DNA of 64,000 nucleotides from Actinomycetes bacterium (GCA_029263075.1 JAJCYE010000071.1:11014-75013); one strand, 5' to 3'; shown: positions 48,053-58,828, counted from the stretch's first letter. Notes: generated from the letters alone by a model not told the origin. Numbers and translations are program-made.

Positions 48053-48925
48053 ATGAAGAACAACATGAAGACGGTGGTGCTGCTGGGGTCCCTCGCGGGG
48101 CTGATGGTGGTTGCTGGGAACTTGCTGGGAGGACGGACCGGGGCGATCTTCGGGCTGGGCTTCGCGGTGTTGATGAACATGGGTTCTTACTGGTTTTCGG
48201 ACAAGATCGCTCTGAAGATGAGCCGCGCCCGGCCGGTGAGCAGTGCTGAAGCTCCGGAGTTGTACAACTCGGTCCGGCGACTGACCCAAAGGGCCGGCTT
48301 ACCTATGCCTTCTTTGCATCTCATCCCGTCGGAGCAGCCCAACGCCTTTGCGACCGGCCGCAATCCTTCTCATGCGGCGGTCGCGGTTACCGAAGGTATC
48401 CTCCGGATCTTGACGCCCGAGGAACTCGAGGGTGTGCTGGCTCACGAGTTGGCGCACGTGCAGAACCGGGACATCCTGATTGCGTCGGTGGCGGCAACAA
48501 TTGCGGGCGCTATCTCGTTTCTCGCCACCATGGCCCGCTGGGGAGCCATGTTCGGTGGCGGCAGAGACGACGACGACCACCCCGGCGGGATAGCGGGTGT
48601 TCTTGTCGCAAGCATCGTGGCTCCGCTCGCTGCAATGATCATGCAGATGGCGGTCTCCCGCTCCCGTGAGTTCCAGGCGGATGCCCGGGGCGCACAGATC
48701 GCGGGCAGGCCCCAAGGGCTTTCCAGTGCCCTGCGAAAGCTGGAGGTGGCATCTCAGAGGATTCCGATGGCCGTCAACCCCTCCGCCGCTCCCATGTTCA
48801 TCGTCAATCCCCTGCGCGGGGCGTGGGCCAAGAACGCATCCCGCCTGTTCAGCACCCACCCGCCCACGGAAGAACGGATTCGCAGGCTGGACGAGATAGC
48901 CGCCAGGACCGGCTTTCCGGCCTGA
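48053..48925 (+). CDS. htpX: zinc metalloprotease HtpX (M48)
   Basis: [10 protein letters not shown] HExxH motif. Two N-terminal TM. Downstream [10 protein letters not shown]. Confidence 0.85.
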   Translation: MKNNMKTVVLLGSLAGLMVVAGNLLGGRTGAIFGLGFAVLMNMGSYWFSDKIALKMSRARPVSSAEAPELYNSVRRLTQRAGLPMPSLHLIPSEQPNAFATGRNPSHAAVAVTEGILRILTPEELEGVLAHELAHVQNRDILIASVAATIAGAISFLATMARWGAMFGGGRDDDDHPGGIAGVLVASIVAPLAAMIMQMAVSRSREFQADARGAQIAGRPQGLSSALRKLEVASQRIPMAVNPSAAPMFIVNPLRGAWAKNASRLFSTHPPTEERIRRLDEIAARTGFPA

Positions 48926-49101
48926 AAGAGCTCGCCGCCGGGCCTGATTGCATCAAAAGAGGGTCCCCGGGGCCCTCTTTTGACAATGGGTTCGCCGTAG
49001 TTTGACTTGCCCCGGCTAATTCGCGGTAGGGTTCCGTAACATTTCGGCCGTCGCGCGGAAGCGCACGCGACGGCGCCTTTATCGCCGTTTGGGAGGACCG
49101 C

Positions 49102-50257
49102 GTGGGGCGTTCAGCGAAACTGGCGGTTTGTTGTGCCATGGTCATCTCAATGGTGGCCTTCTCCGCCGTTCCGGCCAGTGCCCAACTCGGGGATCTCTTG
49201 AACCTGCTATTCCCCAGCCCTGCAGCGCCGCCACCCCCGGTCGAACCCGCTCCTGGTCCGGCGGCACCGCCGCCTCCGGCACCGGCCGCCGCCCCGGCAC
49301 CGGCCGCTAAGCCCGCCGACCCCCGGTCCCAGCCCTTCCCGATAGCCTTGCCTCAGATCCGGCGTTCACCGGCCAGGAACACCAACGTGCTGTTCGAACA
49401 TTTGCAGCCGGCGGTTGCGAAGGGCATCCCAATGGAGACGGCGTTGTTGTCTGTGGTGTCCCCTTTCCCCATTGCCGGCAAGACCAACTTCAGTCATGAC
49501 TGGGGTTTCCCCAGGTACACCCCCACCCCCCACCTGCACAAGGGCACCGACGTGTTCGCCGACTTCGGCACGCCCAGTCAGTTCGGAACCGGGCAAGGTC
49601 ATCGCCAAGGGCACGGTGGGAGCGGGCGGGATCTCGGTTTGGCTGCGTGGTGACAGTGGGATGGGCTACTACTACGCCCACATGCAGAGCTGGGCCAAAG
49701 GTCTTGTCGTGGGTCAGAGGGTTGAGAAAGGTTACGTGATCGGTTTTGTCGGGGACACCGGAAATGCCGAAGGCGGTTCTCCGCACCTGCATTTCGAGTT
49801 GCATCCCGGCGGGGGTCCGGGAACGCCGGCCCGTGACCCCAAGCCGTTCTTGGACGACGCCCTTAGGCAGGCCGAGGAGCAGGCGATCGTATTCGCCGCT
49901 CAGGGGGCCGGCGGAATTCCCAACACCGCCGGGCAGACCGTTCTTCCCGGGATCATAGTGACCAAAGAGGTTGACAAACTGCTGCAGAACTCGGCAATCC
50001 AGGCGCCGGAAGACGTCCTGTGGTTTTCCATGATGGACCCGACGCTGGGGGTTCTGGGATTGGCGCGGCAGAGCGCGGCCGCCGGCGCCGTTGAGCAGGA
50101 GCAGCTAACCGACGAGCAGAAGGCTGAGGAGCAGCGGCTGGACGACGTTCGCAACGCCATCAGTTCACGCAACAAGAAGATGAGCGATTTTGTAGGCAAC
50201 TCCATCTCGAAAAGTGCGGTGGTGCTGGGGCCCGTCAAGCAGGCTTTGATCCGCTAG
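49102..50257 (+). pseudogene. secreted M23/LytM-family metallopeptidase interrupted by a frameshift near 49576 (pseudogene or sequencing error)
   Basis: Frame 1 (49102..) has a signal peptide, Pro/Ala-rich linker and HKGTDVFADFGTP (HxGxD). Frame 2 (..50257) continues VSSEPGKVIAKGTVGAGGISVWLRG...YYAHMQ and GDTGNAEGGSPHLHFELH (HxH). Removing a single A after acgccc at about 49576 restores one ORF. Confidence 0.7.
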
Positions 50258-50300
50258 GCCCGTTAACCGGATTCACCGGTCGATCCGCAGCCCACCGGTT

Positions 50301-50720
50301 TCAGTTCAAGCGTTGCCTGATGGTAGTTGCCGTTTCTGAAATCGCCTGTTTGTTGCCCGGCTCGGGGGATATCGGCTGAACCAACCGGTCCCCGTCCCAC
50401 CTGGGAATCAAGTGCATGTGAAAGTGGTCGACCGCCTGCCACGCGGCCCGACCGTTGGACTGGAGCAGGTTCAGGCCGTCCGCCCCCACCGCGTCCCGAA
50501 TCGCGGGAGCTAGCCGGTGAGCCACCTCCATGACCGAAGCCGCGTCGGTTGCAGAGATCTCCCAGATGTTCGCGGCGTGAGTTTTTGGGATGACCAGGAC
50601 GTGGCCGGGGTTCCACGGAAAAATGTCCATGATGGCGAAAACCGCTTCGTCCTCGTAAACCTTCTCAGCGGGGGACTCGCCGGCGGCGATGCCGCAGAAG
50701 ATGCAGTCCCGGTCGGTCAC
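50301..50720 (-). CDS. HIT family (histidine triad) nucleotide hydrolase
   Basis: HVLVIPKTH ... HFHMHLIP triad. Confidence 0.85.
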   Translation of the reverse strand: MTDRDCIFCGIAAGESPAEKVYEDEAVFAIMDIFPWNPGHVLVIPKTHAANIWEISATDAASVMEVAHRLAPAIRDAVGADGLNLLQSNGRAAWQAVDHFHMHLIPRWDGDRLVQPISPEPGNKQAISETATTIRQRLN

Positions 50721-50728
50721 GATTCCGC

Positions 50729-51217
50729 CTATCGGTAGTTGGTGAACTGGAGGGGGATGCCGAAGTCCTCTTCTTTGAGGGCGGTAATGACCGCCTGCAG
50801 GTCGTCGCGGGATTTGGACGACACCCGAAGTTGGTCTCCCTGGATCTGGCTCTGTACGCGGTGCCCGGACGCCTTGATGAACTTGTTGATGGTCCGGGCC
50901 TTCTCCTCCGAGATGCCGTGGACTATGTCGATGACCTGCTTGAAGGTGGATCCGCCGGCGGGTTCGATCTTGCCTTCGGACAGCGCCTTGAGCGATACGT
51001 TGCGGCGGACCATTTTCTCTTTGAGAACGTCCACCGCCGCCTGAACCCGGCCTTCGGAGTTGGACCGGATGTTGATCTGCTCGCCCTGGTGGTCGATTTC
51101 AGTGCCGGTGTTCTTGAAATCGAAGCGCTGAGTAATCTCGCGTCGCGCCTGATCCAGGGCGTTCATAACCTCCTGGTTGTCGACTTCGCTGACCACGTCA
51201 AAAGATGCTTGTGCCAC
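50729..51217 (-). CDS. YajQ family nucleotide-binding protein (UPF0234)
   Basis: GTG start after GGGGG RBS. VAQASFDVVSEVDNQEVMNALDQARREITQRFDFK is typical of YajQ. Confidence 0.8.
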   Translation of the reverse strand: MAQASFDVVSEVDNQEVMNALDQARREITQRFDFKNTGTEIDHQGEQINIRSNSEGRVQAAVDVLKEKMVRRNVSLKALSEGKIEPAGGSTFKQVIDIVHGISEEKARTINKFIKASGHRVQSQIQGDQLRVSSKSRDDLQAVITALKEEDFGIPLQFTNYR

Positions 51218-51314
51218 TGTGCCCCCAGATTCGTCGATTCTTGTTGTTATCCTAATGCTGCAGCGTGACACCGGGACCCGCAAACCACGACCGAGTTACC
51301 TGCCCAACACCCAG

Positions 51315-51398
51315 GTGGGATACCTAAGTGGCCAAAGGGAGCCGGCTGTAAACCGGTTGCGTAAGCTTCGGAGGTTCGAATCCTTCTCCCACCACCCC
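51315..51398 (+). tRNA. tRNA-Tyr (GTA), class II with long variable arm
   Basis: GGTGGGATACCTAAGTGGCCAAAGGGAGCCGGCTGTAAACCGG... folds into a cloverleaf with acceptor GGTGGGA/TCCCACC and anticodon loop CTGTAAA. Confidence 0.85.
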
Positions 51399-51512
51399 AA
51401 CACATGCGGCCGCCGTGCATTAAGCACCGGCGGCCGCACCGCGCTCGGGGCCACGGGCATCGGGCATTTTTCTCCGAATGAGTGCTTGACTACATGAACT
51501 TGATGTCGTGTA

Positions 51513-51968
51513 ATGGGCGATGTGATTACACCAGATGCCCCTCACGCAATCAGCGGCCCGAAGGCGGCGGAGCTCGCCAACATCACCTACCGCCAGCTCG
51601 ACTACTGGGCACGCCAGGGTTGGGTTAAGCCCTCGGTTGAAGCCGGGGTCGGCAGGCCGGGCCGTCGTATTTACGGACCGCCCGACGTCGTGAAGCTGGC
51701 GGCCCTCGGGCACTTCGGCCGGTCGGGCGCCGACGTCGGGCAGCTGGGCGCGGCCGTCGGGTCGCTGGACATCTCGGCCGCCCCGGACGACTACCTGTTG
51801 GTCAGTGCAGGGGGAGGGGAGGTCGAAGTAGTGGGCGCGGAAGACCTCCGGGCCCGGGTGTCGGTCCCCGGCGCAAGTTTTGTATTCGATCCATCCGCCG
51901 TGCTAGCCCGCATGGCCGGATCTGGATCTCGAGCCGGGGACAGCCGGGCGACCAGGAGGAGCGCATGA
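51513..51968 (+). CDS. MerR-family HTH protein (hypothetical)
   Basis: AAELANITYRQLDYWARQGWV MerR-type HTH. Confidence 0.55.
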   Translation: MGDVITPDAPHAISGPKAAELANITYRQLDYWARQGWVKPSVEAGVGRPGRRIYGPPDVVKLAALGHFGRSGADVGQLGAAVGSLDISAAPDDYLLVSAGGGEVEVVGAEDLRARVSVPGASFVFDPSAVLARMAGSGSRAGDSRATRRSA

Positions 51969-52543
51969 CCCAGCTCTTCGAAGTTCCTCCGGCTATCGAT
52001 GACCCCTACGAAAACCTGCCTTCCGTCTATGCCGCTTTCCAGGCGCTGGCCTCGGCCGCCGGAGCCGATTTCAAAGATATGGCGCGGGAGTGGATCGTCC
52101 AGGCCGGCGGAGAGTTGGAGCCCGGCCGGTTGACTTTCGACAGCTATCCGGCCGACGGCCTGATCCGGGGGCAGAACGGAGCCCGCTTCGTACTCCTGGC
52201 TCGGGGCACCCCGGACGATGGCCCTCGCGCTGGACTCCGGCGCAACGACACGGTTCTCAAGATGGGCTGCCGGGCGATGATGATCGCCCGGAGGACCGAA
52301 CTCCCAATTCTGGTGGTGACCTCCCACCTTCCCGACCCGGCGAGCCGGGCGGGCAAAATCCTTGCCGACCTGCACACCGACATCTTCGACGTGACGGCCA
52401 CGGTGGGGGACCTGGCCGGGTTCCAGCGCTTCCGTCGCCACCTGACCGAGTCCCCGCCACCGTCCGACCCACTTCCGTCGATCTGGCGGACCGGAGTTTT
52501 TGCCCAACCCGAGTTGTTCGATGAGGAGCCCGCCGATGCGTGA
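51965..52543 (+). CDS. hypothetical protein
   Basis: 192-aa ORF overlapping its neighbours by 4-8 nt. No motif recognised. Confidence 0.45.
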   Translation: MTQLFEVPPAIDDPYENLPSVYAAFQALASAAGADFKDMAREWIVQAGGELEPGRLTFDSYPADGLIRGQNGARFVLLARGTPDDGPRAGLRRNDTVLKMGCRAMMIARRTELPILVVTSHLPDPASRAGKILADLHTDIFDVTATVGDLAGFQRFRRHLTESPPPSDPLPSIWRTGVFAQPELFDEEPADA

Positions 52544-53108
52544 TCGACTGCCGTCCGACTGGAAGACTGATCTTCGGGAGCGCCATCAACTGGAGGCCGA
52601 CGTCCGCAACGAGTTGGCGGCCCACCCGGAACTGGCGATGCTCCAGTGCTCAACCTCATCCACCGACCGCCTGGACTACCAGTTGGTCGGCCCCGGCGGC
52701 CGGTTGCTGGAGGTCGAGCTCAAGACCAAACGACAGGTGTACCGGGGGTGGGGCCGGTACCGCCCGGACGTTGAAGAGAAGGACCTGCTGATCTTGGATG
52801 AACTGGCGTTGCGCAAACTTGTTGACGCCGGAAAGTACGCTTTTTTGCTGGTGCGTGACCTGCCCGGTGACCGCTGGGCGGTGTGGTCCACCCACGATCT
52901 GGTCATGACTTCCAAGTCGCGGGTAACCCGGCGGCTGGACGTGGGGACCGGGGCGGTTAAAGGAAAGGTGCTCGTCAGTTTTGCCGAGGACGCCAGCCTG
53001 TTCGCCGACGTTGCCAGCGCGATCGATCACATAGTCGACACCTTGCGGAACACCGACCAGCGGTGGCAGGACATCGCCCCCTGGCCCTCGCCGAACCGGG
53101 CTTCTTAG
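52536..53108 (+). CDS. hypothetical protein with candidate PD-(D/E)xK nuclease motif
   Basis: DRLDYQLVGPGGRLLEVELKTKRQ fits a D-x13-EVELK core. Convergent with the DNA methyltransferase. Confidence 0.4.
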   Translation: MRDRLPSDWKTDLRERHQLEADVRNELAAHPELAMLQCSTSSTDRLDYQLVGPGGRLLEVELKTKRQVYRGWGRYRPDVEEKDLLILDELALRKLVDAGKYAFLLVRDLPGDRWAVWSTHDLVMTSKSRVTRRLDVGTGAVKGKVLVSFAEDASLFADVASAIDHIVDTLRNTDQRWQDIAPWPSPNRAS

Positions 53109-53112
53109 CGGT

Positions 53113-54681
53113 TCAAAGCTTCTTGGTGACCCGCCCGTTGTTGCTCGTCCGGCCCATGGCTGCCACCCGGGGGCCCGGAACCGGATCTATCTTCGCAAAA
53201 CCCGGGTCGGCCTCCGGCGCGGGAAGGGGATCCGGATTCCGCCCGTTCTCGGCGTAGCTATAGAGACGGGCACGGTCCAGGCGGGACCGCATCGAGATCA
53301 CATCTGTGATTGGCTTGCCGTCGCCCAGGACCACCCGTAGGGCGGCGTCCCCGGCGCTGCCTTTGGGCGGCGTGTCGGTGGTCAGCAGTACCAGCGGGGT
53401 GTCCGGAAGGGTTTCGTGAAGCACTGCCGCCTTGCCGAGCGCCTTCCACAGGGTGTCGGTTCGCTTCAGCCCGGGACGGTTGCTGGTGAACCCTCCGGAA
53501 ACGTCGAATAACCACGTCCCCCCGGTCCGGTCCTTGGCCCGGAAGTTGACCTCCACTCCGGAGGGCAGACGCACGTTGTTCTCGATGAATTCGAACTTGC
53601 AATCCAGCAGGATGGCTTCGGCGATCTGCTTGGCCGCCCGTCCCTCGGCCACGGCCCGCTGCTGGAATCCCATGTCCTGGGTAGCGGGCAGGCGGGTGGC
53701 GGGAAGTTCGAACCGAAGCTGCTCGGGGTCTTCCCCGTGGAGGGCCTCGGAGGCCCGGGCCCGCTCCACCCGTCCCCGGGAGCGCTGCACGTAAGCTTCG
53801 TCCATCTCGTAGCCGAAAAAGTGCCGGCCGGTCCGGATGGCGGCGACCGCGGTGGTGCCCGACCCCATGAACGGATCAAGGACCAGATCCCCTTTATACG
53901 TGTAGAGGTGGATCAGCCTTTTTGGGAGATCGACCGGGAAGGGGGCCGGGTGCCCGACCCTGGTGGCGCTCTCCGACGGGATTTCCCAAAGGTCGGTGGT
54001 CGCCTCCATGTACTCGTCGCTCCATAGCGAGGCGGTGGAGGGAAAGTCGTGTTCCTCTCGCTCTTTGGCGCTCAACGCCCGGTCAAAACGACCTTTGCTT
54101 GCGATGATCACCCGTTCGGTAAGGTCCCGCAGAACCGGGTTCGCCGGCCGTTGAAACGACCCCCATGCACAGGAACCGGAGGATCCACGGGCTTTTTGCC
54201 AGATCACCTCCCCCCGCAACAGCAGGCGGAGACGATCCTGAAGGATGGTGATGACGTCCGACGACAGCGACCGGTAGGGCTTGCGTCCGAGGTTGGCAAC
54301 GTTGACGGCGATCCGGCCTCCGGGCTCAAGCTTGCGGACACACTCGGCAAAAACCTCCTCGAGCATTTTTAGGTACTCCAGGTAGGTGGCCGGGACATGC
54401 CCCTCCCCCAAGGTGGACTCGTACTCCTTGCCGGCAAAGTAGGGGGGCGACGTAACCACCAGGGCGACCGAGCCGTCGGCCACCAGATCCATCCGGCGGG
54501 CGTCGCCGACAATAATTTCGTCCAGCCGGGACTGCCGGGCAATGGAGGTTTCCCGGCTCAACTCAGGTGCTACGAAACGGGCATAGAAAGGGCTGGCGTC
54601 ATGGTTCTCCCGGGCTCCGACGCCGAAATCGGAGGTGGTGGTGCCGTTCGCGCGACGCTTGTTGTTCGGTGTTTTGGACAT
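53113..54681 (-). CDS. site-specific DNA methyltransferase (N6A/N4C, beta-class) with about 200-aa extra C-terminal domain
   Basis: Motif IV VVTSPPYF precedes motif I VLDPFMGSGTTAVAA. Confidence 0.8.
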   Translation of the reverse strand: MSKTPNNKRRANGTTTSDFGVGARENHDASPFYARFVAPELSRETSIARQSRLDEIIVGDARRMDLVADGSVALVVTSPPYFAGKEYESTLGEGHVPATYLEYLKMLEEVFAECVRKLEPGGRIAVNVANLGRKPYRSLSSDVITILQDRLRLLLRGEVIWQKARGSSGSCAWGSFQRPANPVLRDLTERVIIASKGRFDRALSAKEREEHDFPSTASLWSDEYMEATTDLWEIPSESATRVGHPAPFPVDLPKRLIHLYTYKGDLVLDPFMGSGTTAVAAIRTGRHFFGYEMDEAYVQRSRGRVERARASEALHGEDPEQLRFELPATRLPATQDMGFQQRAVAEGRAAKQIAEAILLDCKFEFIENNVRLPSGVEVNFRAKDRTGGTWLFDVSGGFTSNRPGLKRTDTLWKALGKAAVLHETLPDTPLVLLTTDTPPKGSAGDAALRVVLGDGKPITDVISMRSRLDRARLYSYAENGRNPDPLPAPEADPGFAKIDPVPGPRVAAMGRTSNNGRVTKKL

Positions 54682-54729
54682 AAACGGAGTCTAGCCCTCG
54701 CAGATGACAACTTCGCGAAAACCCGCCGG

Positions 54730-55743
54730 CTACAACCAGTCCTTCTTCTTGAAGTAGACGTAGAAGGTGGCGGAGGTGATCAGCATGACCCCTATTGCTA
54801 TCCAAAAGCCGAGCGGATTGCGCCCGTCGGGCCACAACCGGAAGTTCATGCCGTAAATGCCGACTATGACGGTGTTGACTCCGATGATCGCCGCCCATCC
54901 GGTGAGCTGTTTCATGATGATGTTCAGGCGATTGGACGAGATCGACATGTTTAGCTGGATGGCGTTCAGCAGCAGTTCCTGAAGGGCCTCCAGGTCGCCT
55001 CCGACCCGCAGGACGTGATCCTTGATGTCGCCGTAGTACGGCTTCATCTCCTCCGAGATCGACAGGATCGGGCTTTCCATCAGGGTGTGGAAACTTTCTC
55101 TCAACGGGAGGACGACCCGCCTGAGGCCCACCACCGCCCGGCGCAACTCCAGAAGATCCCTCTGCAGGTCGCCGGTGGGCTCTTGCCGCAGTAGGGCCTC
55201 TTCAACTTCGTCCAGACGCTCCTCGATCTGCCCGGTGACAAGCGCGTACTGGTCCACGATTTCGTCGAGGAGCGCGTGGAGCATAAAGCTGACCCCGTAG
55301 TCGAGGAGGCTCTCGCCTTCATCCCAGCGCTTCAGTACCGGCTCGATGTTCCACACCGGGTCCTTCCGGACGGTGATCAGGTACTGGTTGCCCGCAAACA
55401 CGTCCACTTCGGCCGTTTCCAGTTCGAACTGGTGGCGAAGCGAATCGTGCAATCCGGGGGCCTGCTGGTCCGGGGGCGTCGTCAGCCGGGCGGCGTACAC
55501 CGTGGCAAAAAGATGATGACGGTAGCGATCCACCTTTGGCCGCTGGTGGGAGTGAGCAGCATCCTCGACCGCCAGGGGATGGAGCCCGAACTCCTCCTGG
55601 AACAGTCCGAGCTCCTCCGGCGAGGCGTGGACCAGGTCGAGCCAGACCACGAAATCCGGTTTGGCCAGGTAGTCGGAGATCAAGCCCGGGTCGCCGTCCT
55701 CGGCAAACAACTTTCCGTCTCTGTAGACCCTGGTCCTGATCAC
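54730..55743 (-). CDS. corA: CorA-family magnesium/cobalt transporter
   Basis: YGMNF signature and two C-terminal TM. Confidence 0.85.
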   Translation of the reverse strand: MIRTRVYRDGKLFAEDGDPGLISDYLAKPDFVVWLDLVHASPEELGLFQEEFGLHPLAVEDAAHSHQRPKVDRYRHHLFATVYAARLTTPPDQQAPGLHDSLRHQFELETAEVDVFAGNQYLITVRKDPVWNIEPVLKRWDEGESLLDYGVSFMLHALLDEIVDQYALVTGQIEERLDEVEEALLRQEPTGDLQRDLLELRRAVVGLRRVVLPLRESFHTLMESPILSISEEMKPYYGDIKDHVLRVGGDLEALQELLLNAIQLNMSISSNRLNIIMKQLTGWAAIIGVNTVIVGIYGMNFRLWPDGRNPLGFWIAIGVMLITSATFYVYFKKKDWL

Positions 55744-55946
55744 CGGACCAGCCTACTCCCGGTTTATCCGGGCTCCGCGGAGAAAAATCCTCTCCCCGAC
55801 GTTACGCGACTTGCACTGTGGCCCTACACTGGTTGGGTCTGTCTTTGAAGCCGCGCCCGACAGCTTTTCAGGTCTTAGTTAGACTGATGCGCCGGAGGCG
55901 CCTCGAAACCCGGTTTCGGGCGGAGTGGTTGGCCCTCAGACGTTGT

Positions 55947-56019
55947 GCCCTCTTAGCTCAGTCGGTAGAGCGACGCCATGGTAAGGCGTAGGTCCGCGGT
56001 TCGATTCCGCGAGAGGGCT
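55947..56019 (+). tRNA. tRNA-Thr (GGT)
   Basis: GCCCTCTTAGCTCAGTCGGTAGAGCGACGCCATGGTAAGGCGTAGGTCCGCGGTTCGATTCCGCGAGAGGGCT cloverleaf. Anticodon loop ATGGTAA. Confidence 0.85.
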
Positions 56020-56066
56020 CAAGCGGTTCTAATGACTTTGTACGAGTAACAGGTTGGGAAGCAACT

Positions 56067-56138
56067 TGGCGGCGTAGCTCAGAGGCAGAGCAAGCGGCTC
56101 ATAATCGCTGTGTCGGCGGTTCGATTCCGCCCGCCGCT
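56067..56138 (+). tRNA. tRNA-Met (CAT), elongator type
   Basis: GGCGGCGTAGCTCAGAGGCAGAGCAAGCGGCTCATAATCGCTGTGTCGGCGGTTCGATTCCGCCCGCCGCTA. Anticodon loop CTCATAA. G1 pairs with T72, so not initiator-like. Confidence 0.8.
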
Positions 56139-56256
56139 ACTGGACTCTCGTCATACGTACGCGGGAAGCCAAGGATTAGGTACTCTCTTAGTAAGAACTA
56201 GATTGTTTAGAGAAGTGAATAAACGAGGCTAACAGGTAGCCGGAAGGGAAGTAGGC

Positions 56257-57447
56257 ATGGCAAAGGCGAAGTTCGAGCGGAACAAGCCGCATCTCAACAT
56301 TGGAACCATCGGACACATCGATCACGGCAAAACGACGCTCACGGCCGCTATTACCAAGACCCTGACGGACAAGGGCCTGGGCAACTTCTTCACTGCCTTC
56401 GATCAGATTGACAAGGCGCCTGAGGAGAAGGCTCGTGGCATCACAATCACCATCGCCCACGTTGAGTACGAGACGCCAAACCGTCACTACGCACACGTCG
56501 ACTGTCCGGGTCACGCCGACTACATCAAGAACATGATTACCGGCGCAGCCCAGATGGACGGCGCGATTCTTGTCGTATCGGCGGCGGACGGTCCTATGCC
56601 TCAGACCCGTGAGCACGTATTGCTGGCCAGGCAGGTCGGTGTGCCTTACATCGTCGTAGCAATGAACAAGTGCGACATGGTCGATGACCCGGAGATCCTG
56701 GACCTGGTGGAGCTCGAGGTTCGCGAGCTTCTCAGCTCCTACGACTTCCCGGGGGACGACCTTCCGGTTGTCCGTGTCTCGGCGCTGAAGGCGCTCGAGG
56801 GCGACGCGGATTCGCAGGCTCAGATCATGGAACTCATGGAAGCTTGTGACACCGCAATTCCTGAGCCCACCCGTGACATCGACAAGCCGTTCCTCATGCC
56901 TATTGAGGACGTCTTCTCGATTACCGGCCGGGGAACCGTGGTTACCGGTCGTGTAGAGCGTGGTCAGGTCAAGGTTGGCGAGACCATCGAGATCGTCGGT
57001 ATCAAGGACAAGGTGCAGAGCACCGTCTGTACCGGCGTCGAGATGTTCCGCAAGCTGCTCGACTCCGGTCAAGCAGGCGACAACATCGGTGCACTGCTGC
57101 GTGGTATCGACAAGAACAACGTGGAGCGCGGACAGGTCCTGGCGAAGCCGGGCTCTATCACCCCGCACACCGTGTTCGACGCTCAGGTCTACGTTCTGGG
57201 CAAGGACGAAGGTGGACGCCACACGCCGTTCTTCAACAACTACCGGCCGCAGTTCTACTTCAGGACCACCGACGTCACCGGAGCGGTAACGCTGCCGGAG
57301 GGCATCGAGATGGTCATGCCGGGCGACAACACGATCATGCACGTTGAGCTGATTCAGCCCATCGCCATGGACGAGGGCCTGCAGTTCGCCATCCGTGAGG
57401 GTGGACGGACCGTCGGCGCCGGTCGTGTGACCAAGATCATCAAGTAG
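56257..57447 (+). CDS. tuf: elongation factor Tu
   Basis: [33 protein letters not shown]... Confidence 0.95.
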   Translation: MAKAKFERNKPHLNIGTIGHIDHGKTTLTAAITKTLTDKGLGNFFTAFDQIDKAPEEKARGITITIAHVEYETPNRHYAHVDCPGHADYIKNMITGAAQMDGAILVVSAADGPMPQTREHVLLARQVGVPYIVVAMNKCDMVDDPEILDLVELEVRELLSSYDFPGDDLPVVRVSALKALEGDADSQAQIMELMEACDTAIPEPTRDIDKPFLMPIEDVFSITGRGTVVTGRVERGQVKVGETIEIVGIKDKVQSTVCTGVEMFRKLLDSGQAGDNIGALLRGIDKNNVERGQVLAKPGSITPHTVFDAQVYVLGKDEGGRHTPFFNNYRPQFYFRTTDVTGAVTLPEGIEMVMPGDNTIMHVELIQPIAMDEGLQFAIREGGRTVGAGRVTKIIK

Positions 57448-57460
57448 GGACGGTAGAAAA

Positions 57461-57628
57461 ATGGCAGCCAAGAGCGACAAGCGGCCGCATGTGACTTTGG
57501 CGTGCCAGGAGTGCAAGCGCCGCAACTACATCACCACCAAGAACCGCCAAAAGCAGCAAGGCCGGATGGAGCTTAAGAAGTACTGCAGATGGTGCAGGCT
57601 TCACACCGCTCACCGGGAGACCAGGTAG
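57461..57628 (+). CDS. rpmG: 50S ribosomal protein L33 (not in ORF track; 55 aa)
   Basis: [55 protein letters not shown] (Zn-ribbon CxxC...CxxC). Confidence 0.85.
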   Translation: MAAKSDKRPHVTLACQECKRRNYITTKNRQKQQGRMELKKYCRWCRLHTAHRETR

Positions 57629-57747
57629 TCGAGGTCTTCCGAAAGGGCGCCACGTCGTCCGTCCGCAGCAAACTGAATAGCCAGCTTCACGCGAAGCGCC
57701 CTGTAACGTTCAGGGCGCTTTGCGCGTCATGGGGCTAGGCAACCATT

Positions 57748-58308
57748 TTGGACGTCCCCGACAGTGTCATCAAAGCATGCCAAGAGGGCGACCAAGCCGC
57801 GTTTGAGGAGTTGATCCGCTTGTCCCACGCTTCGGTGTACTCGTTGTCACTGAGGATTGTGGGCAACCCGGAAGATGCCGCCGAAGTTACCCAGGATGTC
57901 TTCATCAAGCTCCTGCGGGTGATCAAGCAATTCCGGGGGGAGGCCAAGTTTTCCACCTGGCTCTATCGGGTCACCTCCAACGTCGCAATCACGCTGCTGC
58001 GCCGCAGGTCCCGCAGGAACGTCGAGGTTCGTATGGAGCAAGAGGACTGGAGCCTCATGCCCGCAGCGGACTCCTCGGATCCCGCGGTAGCTGCTGAGCA
58101 GCACTCGCTCAAGGCGAGGCTGGATTCGGCAATCGCATCGTTGCCCGAGGACTACCGGACCGTCGTCGTCATGAAAGACGTCTACGGGATGGCGTTCGAG
58201 GAGATCGCTGGGCAGCTTGGGATTCAGGAGGGCACCGCCCGGGTGAGGTTGTTCCGGGCCCGCCAAAAACTGAGAATCATGCTGCACGACGAATTGGCGG
58301 CGGAATGA
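57748..58308 (+). CDS. ECF-type RNA polymerase sigma-70 factor
   Basis: Region 2 (VTQDVFIKLLR...FSTWLYRVTSN) and region 4 (AFEEIAGQLGIQEGTARVRLFRARQKLR). Confidence 0.85.
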   Translation: MDVPDSVIKACQEGDQAAFEELIRLSHASVYSLSLRIVGNPEDAAEVTQDVFIKLLRVIKQFRGEAKFSTWLYRVTSNVAITLLRRRSRRNVEVRMEQEDWSLMPAADSSDPAVAAEQHSLKARLDSAIASLPEDYRTVVVMKDVYGMAFEEIAGQLGIQEGTARVRLFRARQKLRIMLHDELAAE

Positions 58309-58718
58309 GTGAAAAGGCAGATGCGATGGAGTGTGTAAAGGCCAGGGAGTTGTTCCCGGCATTCGACGAACAGAAGTTTCCGCCCGAGGTCCTCGGGCAT
58401 CTTGAAGGTTGTGAGGAGTGCAAAGCGGAGCTTTCGGAGTTCCGGGCTCTTTCGGCCGGACTAGGCTCCCTTGCCACGGCAGACATCCAACCGCCCTCCT
58501 GGCTGTTGGGCGCGATCACCGAACGGGTCGCCGAGACCGCACGTAGGCGTGCCGTCGTAGAGGGGGCTCGAAGGCAGATGGGCCGGGTCACCACGGGGGC
58601 TTCCCGGCAACTGGGCGAGCACAGGGTGGCTACCGGTTCGGCTCTTGGGCTCGCGATGCTGGCCGGTGCACTGTTGTTTGGACGGACCCGAAAACACGGA
58701 GTGAAAGCGGCGGCGTAG
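58305..58718 (+). CDS. ZAS-family zinc-binding anti-sigma factor with C-terminal TM
   Basis: C-x(n)-HLEGCEEC (HxxxCxxC) motif. 4-nt overlap with the sigma gene. Hydrophobic ALGLAMLAGALLF. Confidence 0.7.
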   Translation: MSEKADAMECVKARELFPAFDEQKFPPEVLGHLEGCEECKAELSEFRALSAGLGSLATADIQPPSWLLGAITERVAETARRRAVVEGARRQMGRVTTGASRQLGEHRVATGSALGLAMLAGALLFGRTRKHGVKAAA

Positions 58719-58828
58719 AACTCGTTTTGTAACCAACCTGCGGATAAGGCGTCATATCCGGCACTTGGAACTCGGGAAACGCTCCGGCCGCCGGCCGGGG
58801 GGGAGCCCGAAAGAGCAGGAGGTTTCGA

